Source: a virus
Virus record (IMG/VR): IMGVR_UViG_3300020193_000013
Coordinates: 6,944-70,943 of that record
Length of the DNA: 64,000 bases
Reading direction: 5' to 3' (one strand)
The notes beneath the pieces are model-generated. The model worked only from the letters and a program-made list of their open reading frames with translations, did no database searches and was not told the DNA's origin. Position numbers and translations under genes: made by a program. Within the stretch, counting starts at the first letter, position 1. The number at the start of each line of letters is the position of its first letter. Below, piece after piece: positions 50,696-58,897 of this stretch.

Positions 50696-53475
50696 GACAG
50701 TTTTATTTCTTCATGTATTTGTTTTGGATGAAATATCATGGCTGTGTTTTGAATAACTGGATGCGCACTTGGATCTTTTGTAACCACACCATGATATCCA
50801 GCATTTTTAACTTTATTGAAAATCTTTTCAAAATTCCAAGCCATGTTATTTTCTTTAAGGGCTTGTAGCAGAAGTCCGTCTTTATCGCTGTAAAGATCGT
50901 ACAATTTTTGATGTGGCTCTAATTTAACTGTATATTTTGATTTAGCACCTGATCTAACTATGTCTTCTGGGGTATCATTAATATAATAAAAGGTTACATG
51001 TGGGTAATTTTTTATTTGGTGCGGTAAAAACCTTTTAGTATGATCACCCTTAACGCCCATGCCTTCTTTTCTGGGATCTAGTTCTTTTAATCCTGGATGC
51101 TTTGAGTAATGATATAAAATAGCTGGCTGTTCTTCAGTTTTGCTTAAATCGTCCATGAATTTAATTTCAGTATCTCCATCATGCCCATGAACTTCATTAA
51201 CATCTTTTAATGAATTATAAAAATTAAACGATGGAGTATCTGTCATCCAATTAACTAAGCATTTACCATCAGGGAACTGGACGCCTACAGCTACAATTCC
51301 TGTACCATTGTTCCCCTCATGATCTTCTTTCCTGTTTAAATAAAACCGTTTAAACTTTTTAAGTTTTGGCTTTCTAGCCTTAAAAAGTATGTCTATATTT
51401 ACTTCTGACTTTTTGGCCATGAGCCTATTTAAATCTTCTTCGGTAATTTTTTTAGCTTTTCTGGTCAATTGTTTCCAAGAGGCTTTTAATCTATTGTAAT
51501 CTATTGGCTGCCAATTTGCAGGATTTTCTTTTTTTAAAGCATTGTGCTCTTGTCTTTGTATTTTATTCGTCAGTAAATCTCTTGTATGCGTTAAAATTTC
51601 TTCATTGATTTCATTTTCAGGTAAATCTTTATATGAAGGTTTTGATCTAACAAATTTTTCAATAGCTTCTCTTTCATTAGGATGCAGATGTACATTTAAT
51701 AAATGATCTACCAATCTATTTTTAGTATCTTCGCCGTATTTAGCTCGTAAAATATTTAATAAATGATGGGCAGCTTCATGCTCTTGAACAACATGAGCTT
51801 TGCCTGCTTTAAAGGCTTCTGGTTTTATGTACGGTTGACTAAAATCATCCTTATAGGCTTCAGTATAACCTCGGGTTATAAAAGTTCCTTCTGGGGTAAC
51901 CTTAATATCAGACTGACCGCTAACCGCTGATTCAGCGGCTTTTCTTTGTGATTCTCTATGTTTTGGAGTAGCTTCTTTAGCCCGAGGTTGTGCCATTAAA
52001 ATCTTATTGGCTGTTTTTTTATTTTCTAGCGTTTGTCTAGAAATGATTCTAGGTCCGCCTGCCATGGCTTCAATTGCTTTATCTTCTTCAGTTATAGAAG
52101 GTACTTCGAGAGGTTCGTCAGAAATAAACTTAACGTCCTGCTCTGGTCTAGTAGGTAGCTTTTTAAGCCCTTTAAATCTTAAAGCTGGTTGAGACATTTT
52201 AATTAACTCTTCTTTAGCTAAACTTACGATTTCATTAACGTATTTATATATTTCTTTTGATAATCCAGTATTACTATGATTGTTTTGAATTTCAATAGTT
52301 TGCGGTAATACTAAATCACCAAACTCTATTTTAAAGTCTGCCTTAGCTACTTGCAAATTATTTTTATCTTTAACTTCAACTTTAATTAAATTATCTATAA
52401 CATTGTGGAAAAATTGATAAATTTCTATGTTTTTAAATTCTGATTTGTTAGTTTCATTTAAATTGCTTGGATCGTAACCAAATTCATGAATAGAATTGGA
52501 ATCGGTATACACATGCTTAGCTGGAACTACTTTGCTTACTATTTTGTACTTGTTACCAAGATTAGCCTGACCATGCTCTTTTGCATACTTTCTATTTAAA
52601 GTAACCCAATCACCAGGATTGATATTAAGTTTTTTTGCCGGTTGATCTGGTAATGTTTTTAATTTTTCATACTCATCGCTTATTTGATTGTAATAGTTAG
52701 ATCTATCACTGGCATTAACGCCTTTAGGTATTTTTCCAGTTTTTAAAATATAAGCTTTATGGCTCTCTATTTCAGCCATTCTCTCTTTAGGTAATTGCTT
52801 ATGCGGAACAGCTCTATAAATTCTGACCATTTTATTCGGTTTATCTTTAACGCCATGCAAATGATTAATAGATTCTTGATCGTATGGTACACCATGACCG
52901 TAGTATTTAGCAGCGTTTGAGCCGTAAATATCATCTGGATATATATCTTTTAAATTATGAATAGGTTTTGAAAAGCCGTCATTTTTTGGAGCTTCGTGTT
53001 CACCTTTGTAGTCTTCTTCAGCTTTTTTGATTTCGGGTTTTTTAAGTTCACCTTTTAAATAAGTGACTACTATGTTTTCACCGTTAGGCTGGTATAGGTC
53101 GTCGTGCTCTAATGGATTAATAAATTTTAACTCTTTAAATTCTTCATCTTTGTCGCCAGTAAAATCCATACTCTCGTGATGGTATGGTTTTTTACAAACA
53201 AACAAATGAACAGTTAAATTTTTATCTTCTTGAGTATTGTAATGCTCTGCTCCGATATGCTCTAAATCATTTAGGTTTAATTCTAATCCAGTTTCTTCTT
53301 TAGTTTCTCTAACTGCAGCATCTTTTAAAGATTCTTCATTATGTACGTGTCCACCTGGAATGCTCCATTCATTAGTGTCTTTTCTTTTGCCGTGTAAAAT
53401 AAGATCTGGAAATTCGCTATGTCTAATGACAACGGCAGAAGCTACTGGTGGTTTTTTGTCTTTTGGATCACCCAT
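50692..53475 (-). CDS. Polyvalent protein: NUDIX, ART-like, GNAT-like, HExxH metallopeptidase, unknown domain, second ART-like
   Basis: Nudix box GGHVHNEESLKDAAVRETKEETGL; IYRAVP..INPGDWVT..EFGY; HEAAH; LYHYS..GYHGV; likely start MGDPK at 53475. Confidence 0.75.
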   Translation of the reverse strand: MGDPKDKKPPVASAVVIRHSEFPDLILHGKRKDTNEWSIPGGHVHNEESLKDAAVRETKEETGLELNLNDLEHIGAEHYNTQEDKNLTVHLFVCKKPYHHESMDFTGDKDEEFKELKFINPLEHDDLYQPNGENIVVTYLKGELKKPEIKKAEEDYKGEHEAPKNDGFSKPIHNLKDIYPDDIYGSNAAKYYGHGVPYDQESINHLHGVKDKPNKMVRIYRAVPHKQLPKERMAEIESHKAYILKTGKIPKGVNASDRSNYYNQISDEYEKLKTLPDQPAKKLNINPGDWVTLNRKYAKEHGQANLGNKYKIVSKVVPAKHVYTDSNSIHEFGYDPSNLNETNKSEFKNIEIYQFFHNVIDNLIKVEVKDKNNLQVAKADFKIEFGDLVLPQTIEIQNNHSNTGLSKEIYKYVNEIVSLAKEELIKMSQPALRFKGLKKLPTRPEQDVKFISDEPLEVPSITEEDKAIEAMAGGPRIISRQTLENKKTANKILMAQPRAKEATPKHRESQRKAAESAVSGQSDIKVTPEGTFITRGYTEAYKDDFSQPYIKPEAFKAGKAHVVQEHEAAHHLLNILRAKYGEDTKNRLVDHLLNVHLHPNEREAIEKFVRSKPSYKDLPENEINEEILTHTRDLLTNKIQRQEHNALKKENPANWQPIDYNRLKASWKQLTRKAKKITEEDLNRLMAKKSEVNIDILFKARKPKLKKFKRFYLNRKEDHEGNNGTGIVAVGVQFPDGKCLVNWMTDTPSFNFYNSLKDVNEVHGHDGDTEIKFMDDLSKTEEQPAILYHYSKHPGLKELDPRKEGMGVKGDHTKRFLPHQIKNYPHVTFYYINDTPEDIVRSGAKSKYTVKLEPHQKLYDLYSDKDGLLLQALKENNMAWNFEKIFNKVKNAGYHGVVTKDPSAHPVIQNTAMIFHPKQIHEEIKLS

Positions 53476-53489
53476 TTTAATACCAATTA

Positions 53490-54452
53490 TTACTCGTCGT
53501 CTTCCATTTCCCAAGTTGGTGAATAATCTTTGGGGTTTGCTCCTGGTGGTGTTTTAGGGCCATCTGCAATTCTAATAACGCCACGCACATCTTGGAGTTT
53601 TGGTGCGGCATATTTAATAAAGTTAATCTCTACTTGACCTGATAAAACTATATTTCTACTAAAAATGCGGTCAGTCTCTTTAAAATTTGGATTTAAATAC
53701 ATTGCATCTGATTGCATAGTACTTAATTCAAACCCTCTGCCTTCAAAGTAAACTTCTTTACATCTTAGTAGAATGTACCATATTGTATCATGAAGCCATT
53801 GATTTTGCACTGGATCTGATTGCGTGTGTACACCTATATAAACAGTTTCACTTACAAAGGTTACTTCTCTTTGCAAATTCCATACTGACACTGGTGGAAC
53901 AACATAAGCATCGGTAAAATCTTCATTTACATTTTCTTTGATTCTAAATTGAGTATTTCCAACAATTTCGAGTATTTGATAAGCTTTACCAGTCCTAGAA
54001 GATACTAAAAATTGACCTACTACAGCATATTCTGTAGTAATTCCGCTAGGAAAGGTCACTATACCGTTTTCTTTATTGTATTCTGAAGGGGTGAAGTTTT
54101 CGTAAACTTTAATAGGATTTATTGAAACTTTTTCAGTACTTATGTCTTCTGGTCCGCCCAATGTATCGCCTAAAGCAGTTCTAGGCAATAATTCTACCCT
54201 TGGTGAGCTTGTTATGGTAATACAAGGCATTTCGGGTGAATCTATCCTAAAATCTAAGTAAACTGGAATTTTATTGGTTAAAAACCATTGTTTATAGGCG
54301 TGTATCTCTTTATAACCGTATTCGGTTTTAGAAAGTGTGTCTGTAGCTAGTCCAGCTATCACGTCATCTAGGATGAAATTATTCTTTCTGAGGTCATTTA
54401 AACCAGCTTCAAGGGCTGTTTTGACTAATATATCTGTAGGTATAATGGCCAT
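53490..54452 (-). CDS. Tail terminator/neck-type protein
   Basis: P.ITI motif; size and position upstream of sheath. Confidence 0.55.
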   Translation of the reverse strand: MAIIPTDILVKTALEAGLNDLRKNNFILDDVIAGLATDTLSKTEYGYKEIHAYKQWFLTNKIPVYLDFRIDSPEMPCITITSSPRVELLPRTALGDTLGGPEDISTEKVSINPIKVYENFTPSEYNKENGIVTFPSGITTEYAVVGQFLVSSRTGKAYQILEIVGNTQFRIKENVNEDFTDAYVVPPVSVWNLQREVTFVSETVYIGVHTQSDPVQNQWLHDTIWYILLRCKEVYFEGRGFELSTMQSDAMYLNPNFKETDRIFSRNIVLSGQVEINFIKYAAPKLQDVRGVIRIADGPKTPPGANPKDYSPTWEMEDDE

Positions 54453-54472
54453 ACCTATTAGATTAAGACTGG

Positions 54473-55327
54473 CTACCTACCGCCAAATTCTTGGTTAATT
54501 CGCCTAATGGCTTCATCCATTAAAGTTTTAGCAAAGTCATGTGCGGCTGGAAAGGCATTTAAAGGCTTTTGTTCTGGATAATACCACCTGCCTTCAGCCT
54601 CATGCTTAGTTGATATTGTCCTAAAAGTTAAAGCTTCCTTAATTACCTTGCCGTCTTTGCCCATTCTTTGGGTAACTGCTAAACCTTGTAGCTTATGTAT
54701 CCCAGAATGTGGCTGCAATGCAATTTTGGCCGCCACTTCTTGACTTCTTGGTGTAGAAAAATTAGCTCTATTTTTATCATCGGCTATAAAGCCTGACATG
54801 TCTACTTTATGTAAAACACCTAGCTTTGGAGTTCCGTCAGTATTTGTTTCAATTTTTTTTAAATCAATGTTTTGATCTTTTAATGTTTTACTTACTATGT
54901 CAAAAAAAGCAGCTCTGGGATCGTTTACTTTTGATGTAGTACCTTTTTTACTGAATCCGCTGTGAGAAAATGGTATACTTGCATACCTGCTACCATCTTT
55001 AGCTGTTTTGGCTTTAGGGTTCTTATCAATAAGCCAACGCATAAACTTTTTAGGTGAACCGTTTTCTATCTCAAGTGCCTTATTGTCTAGCTCGATTAAA
55101 TAGATGCCGTCACCCAATTTACTCATTTTAACGTTTTCATGGTCTTTTCCGAGATACGCTTGCTGTTGAAAGGTATTTAATTCGTTTAAAGCTTTACCGA
55201 TAATAAAAGCCCTTACTTGAGCAGCTATTGTTCTTGATTCTTCATCTGCTCTTGCTTTTAATTTTTCTATGTCAGATGATACTTTTGCTGCTAAATCAGA
55301 AAAATCGTGTTCCAATTTAAAGCGCAT
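54473..55327 (-). CDS. Neck/tail-completion protein
   Basis: IENG, AKDGSRY..IPF, TFRTIS, W.YP patterns seen in myovirus completion proteins; synteny. Confidence 0.55.
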   Translation of the reverse strand: MRFKLEHDFSDLAAKVSSDIEKLKARADEESRTIAAQVRAFIIGKALNELNTFQQQAYLGKDHENVKMSKLGDGIYLIELDNKALEIENGSPKKFMRWLIDKNPKAKTAKDGSRYASIPFSHSGFSKKGTTSKVNDPRAAFFDIVSKTLKDQNIDLKKIETNTDGTPKLGVLHKVDMSGFIADDKNRANFSTPRSQEVAAKIALQPHSGIHKLQGLAVTQRMGKDGKVIKEALTFRTISTKHEAEGRWYYPEQKPLNAFPAAHDFAKTLMDEAIRRINQEFGGR

Positions 55328-55328
55328 A

Positions 55329-56582
55329 CTATTCTTTTTCTAGGTTTCTAGATTTGATTGATATTGGATTGCCTTTATTGTCTCTAACGATACCAGATGC
55401 TACTGATCTCCAAACTGGTTTATCATTAACTAAAACTTTTATTTTTCTTCCCTTTAGTGTTCCTATTGGATAGCCAGTGCCCTTAGCTCTTTTGATTCTT
55501 TTTCTGATATTTTTTTCTAATTCTTCTGCTAAAGATATATCACTTTTTTGAATTTTGCTTCTAGAAAGTTTAAGCATTTTATTAATTAGCCCCATAACCT
55601 GTTTAAAAGCATCTGGGTTAGATTCATGAAGCCTCATTAAATCTGGCATTTGTTCTTTTAATTGCCCTAAAAAATTTAAAAGCTTTAAAGAAACCTTATC
55701 GTGCTCGTCTTCTTCTGGACCAGCTTCTTGCGGTATAGTTTCTTTTGTTAAATCTTGATCTTCTCCGTGTATTACTGGAGTTCCTTCTAATTCATCTTTC
55801 TCTGCTGGTTGCTGCATTGCTTGTTCTTCTGGGGCATTTTGCAAATCCTGAGTAGCTTGTTCTTTTTCTTGCTGAGCCTGCATCTGTTGTTGAGCCATTT
55901 GCTGCTGCTGAGCCATTTGTTGTATTAATTGAGCTTGCTGCTGGATTTCTTTTTTAGGGAAAAGGAGCTCGTCTAATGTTTTATCAATTAAACTTTTTTG
56001 ACCTTGAGCTTCTTGTTCTGCATTTGGTTTTAATTGCGGCTTATCTGGCTTTACTTGATTTAATCTATATTGACCATCTTGAATAGGCCTTTTAGGTGCT
56101 ATTACTTGTGTTGTTATGTTTTTGCTATCGGGTAATTCTGGGTCAAAAACATTTGTAGGTATATTCACTGCAGGCCTTACCAGCTCATCATCTTTCATTA
56201 ATTCATTTTTAATATATTCTGATGGTTTATGTGAGCTTTCATAGAGTTCGATTTTTTTAGTTTGTAGAGATTTTTTAGATGCTTCATTAGCTTCTTCAAA
56301 ATCCATTCCAATTCCAATACCCATTTTGCTGCTTAAATTAGGCATGTAATTTTCAATAATATTTGGGATTTGTTCGGCTACTTCTAAAGAAACTTCTAGT
56401 ATTATACGTTCATATAACATCAAATGAACGTTTCCGCCATGAGTCTGGCAAACGCTTTTTAGTTTTTTAAGGAAATTGTCTAGGTAATATTTTACAGATT
56501 GGGAGTCTTTAAAATTTCCTTTATCAATAAGACTGTTTAAAGTATTACTGATATTGGTAGCATTTATAACTATCCAAACCAT
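55329..56582 (-). CDS. Protein with degenerate mCpol-like N-terminal domain and Gln-rich linker
   Basis: First ~115 aa align by eye with the mCpol domain of 49763..50695 but lack catalytic Asp residues. Confidence 0.6.
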   Translation of the reverse strand: MVWIVINATNISNTLNSLIDKGNFKDSQSVKYYLDNFLKKLKSVCQTHGGNVHLMLYERIILEVSLEVAEQIPNIIENYMPNLSSKMGIGIGMDFEEANEASKKSLQTKKIELYESSHKPSEYIKNELMKDDELVRPAVNIPTNVFDPELPDSKNITTQVIAPKRPIQDGQYRLNQVKPDKPQLKPNAEQEAQGQKSLIDKTLDELLFPKKEIQQQAQLIQQMAQQQQMAQQQMQAQQEKEQATQDLQNAPEEQAMQQPAEKDELEGTPVIHGEDQDLTKETIPQEAGPEEDEHDKVSLKLLNFLGQLKEQMPDLMRLHESNPDAFKQVMGLINKMLKLSRSKIQKSDISLAEELEKNIRKRIKRAKGTGYPIGTLKGRKIKVLVNDKPVWRSVASGIVRDNKGNPISIKSRNLEKE

Positions 56583-56593
56583 AAAAGATCTCT

Positions 56594-57556
56594 TTATTTT
56601 GAGATCTTCTTCGCCAGAAGTCCCAATTTTAATGTGAGTAAGAAAGACTTAACAGATTCTGGATCTGCTTTAGAATTAAAATAAAGTTTTGAACCAGTTT
56701 CAGTTTTAATTAATTTAACAAAAGGTTCTTTATTTTGATTTTCTGAAGCAAAGCAAATGCATGGTGTAAACTTGTGTTCATTTTTAGTCAATGTAAATTG
56801 CGGTTTATTGCAATCTGTACATTTATTGCTTAGTTCTGCTTCGGTGATTATAAATTCGTTTTTAGTGACTTTTTCTTCAGCTTGTTTTTCTGCTTTGATA
56901 GCCATTCCAGGTGCTGCTTGTTTTTTTGGTGCGCCTGGCTTTGGTGGTTTTGGCATTGCTTGTTTACCACCAGCAGAAGCTTGAGCTTGCTGTGTAGCTA
57001 AAGAAACAGGCTTTTTAGATGGCGTTGCAGGTGGAATTGGCATTTTAGGCATTTTTGGTTTTGCTGCGCCTGCAGGCATTTCACCAGCTTTATCTAATTC
57101 TTTTTTAGGCATTGGCTCTTTTGTGCCTTCACGTGCTTGTGATGAACCAATTGCAATAGCTTGTTTTTTGCCGCCTGGATATTTGCTAGGATCTTCTTTT
57201 AAACGTTTCATATGAGCTTCAACGTTTTTGGAATCTAACTTTTTAGGATATTTTTTATCTTCGGCTTTTTTAGCTTCTTCTTTTTTCTCAGAAGTCATTA
57301 AAGGCATGCCGATATTTTTTTGAACTTCTTCTGATTTGGCAGCTTTTTCAGGTTTTTCACCTTGATATGGTTGAGTCTTTCTTCTAAATTTTCCTTGTTC
57401 AAATTGAGAAATGGATGGAACTGGCTTTTTAACTTGTTTGTCTTTGGCGTAAGCATCAACAAGTTCTTTTAAAATTTGCTCAGGAGATTTGGATTCGTGG
57501 ACTTTATTGTCCTCTTCCATCTCTTTTTGTTGTTTTTCTTTTGGATATTTAGCCAT
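56594..57556 (-). CDS. K/P/A-rich putative internal head protein with C-terminal Zn finger
   Basis: KQAIAIG.S.AR motif; CTDC...CIC; many xxK[S/A/N]E sites. Confidence 0.55.
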   Translation of the reverse strand: MAKYPKEKQQKEMEEDNKVHESKSPEQILKELVDAYAKDKQVKKPVPSISQFEQGKFRRKTQPYQGEKPEKAAKSEEVQKNIGMPLMTSEKKEEAKKAEDKKYPKKLDSKNVEAHMKRLKEDPSKYPGGKKQAIAIGSSQAREGTKEPMPKKELDKAGEMPAGAAKPKMPKMPIPPATPSKKPVSLATQQAQASAGGKQAMPKPPKPGAPKKQAAPGMAIKAEKQAEEKVTKNEFIITEAELSNKCTDCNKPQFTLTKNEHKFTPCICFASENQNKEPFVKLIKTETGSKLYFNSKADPESVKSFLLTLKLGLLAKKISK

Positions 57557-57564
57557 ATTACACC

Positions 57565-57942
57565 TTATTGAACATATGTATCATCGTCAACGCTGAAAGC
57601 GAAAACGCTTGCGCTGTTACTAATGATATAACAGTCATCGCCCAAAGATACATATTGCCAGCTATAAGCTGAAACTGGAATTCCATTAGTAGGGCCCGTT
57701 GGGGCTGCTACTGCGGAAGAACTACCGGTTTTTACAAAACAAACTGTATTACTGTTATTAAACACCGCTACAATTTTGCCAAAATCAAAACCAACTGCAG
57801 CATTTAAAGCTTGACCACCATTTGAAAGCTTATGCCCCGATGGTACTGTTTTTAGCGCACCAGAAGCATCGTTATATGCTATATCAAGTGCTTTAGCGTA
57901 ACTTTTTAATTTTAGAGCAATTTTTTCTCTAATCTTAATCAT
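57565..57942 (-). CDS. Small beta-rich structural protein
   Basis: 125 aa; GAGGA RBS; CTTAATCT upstream. Confidence 0.55.
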   Translation of the reverse strand: MIKIREKIALKLKSYAKALDIAYNDASGALKTVPSGHKLSNGGQALNAAVGFDFGKIVAVFNNSNTVCFVKTGSSSAVAAPTGPTNGIPVSAYSWQYVSLGDDCYIISNSASVFAFSVDDDTYVQ

Positions 57943-57971
57943 GATGTCCTCTATTATAATATAGATTAAGT

Positions 57972-58892
57972 TTAATCCGAACCGTTTTTAGGTCCTAAAG
58001 AGCCACCTGGATTGACTTCATTTAGGGCACCTTCTATTGGTTGTTCTACTAATCTATCTGGAGCAGGTACAGGCTTGAGCGGATCTAAGTTTGTATCGTA
58101 GTAGACGTTTTCTCTAATTACTTGAACTTGATACGGCATTCTTTCTAACTTTCTGTTTTCATTAGTAAAATCTTGAAAATTAGTTACATTGGCTACCCTG
58201 ATTTCATGGATTATTCTAGCCACGACAAAAAATGGTGTATATCTATACCTAATTGAATATACAGTACCCTTATTTACGGCTACGTTCCATCCTGGTCGCT
58301 TTTGAGTTAGCCATTTAATGTGGCCTTCAGGCGTGATAGCGAAGTCAATATTCTCTTTATAAGAAACGCCATTAGCATCAACTAAAGCTTCAACACAGGT
58401 AGCTGGAAATTGTAGTTTATCTATTCCTACGGTAGTAGCCTCAACGTATTGTCTATGTATTACCCTAGCTTCAATGTCTTTTAAATAGAGCCTGTCATAA
58501 GGTGCTAGAATTATTGGTTCTTTTGGGCAATCTTCATAAAATTCTGGTAAAGTCACGTAAGCTGTAGCAAAACTAATATGGCCTTCAGGGAATTGATTGG
58601 AATAATTAGAATTGAGCATAAAAAGCGCTCTAAATTCGCCTACTTTGTTATATATGAATCCATCTGAGTTTGAACGCAGGTTTCCATTACCTACTGCATG
58701 GCTGTCGCCCTTAGATTGCATTCCAGTTGGATCTGGTATAGAACGATAATGCATAAAGTAAACTCCATGCGTTTTAATCGCATGTATAAACGCATCTTTA
58801 TCAAAAGAAACTTGCACCTCATTTAAATTAATAGGTGCTTGGGTCCCTATTGTTTTTCTGCCTCTTCTTCCTCTTGGTCCATTTTTATCCAT
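57972..58892 (-). CDS. Head-completion/neck protein
   Basis: F...I..HG, DR.Y, DF.I...G.I.W, YS.RY patterns; position before neck genes. Confidence 0.55.
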   Translation of the reverse strand: MDKNGPRGRRGRKTIGTQAPINLNEVQVSFDKDAFIHAIKTHGVYFMHYRSIPDPTGMQSKGDSHAVGNGNLRSNSDGFIYNKVGEFRALFMLNSNYSNQFPEGHISFATAYVTLPEFYEDCPKEPIILAPYDRLYLKDIEARVIHRQYVEATTVGIDKLQFPATCVEALVDANGVSYKENIDFAITPEGHIKWLTQKRPGWNVAVNKGTVYSIRYRYTPFFVVARIIHEIRVANVTNFQDFTNENRKLERMPYQVQVIRENVYYDTNLDPLKPVPAPDRLVEQPIEGALNEVNPGGSLGPKNGSD

Positions 58893-58897
58893 AAAAA

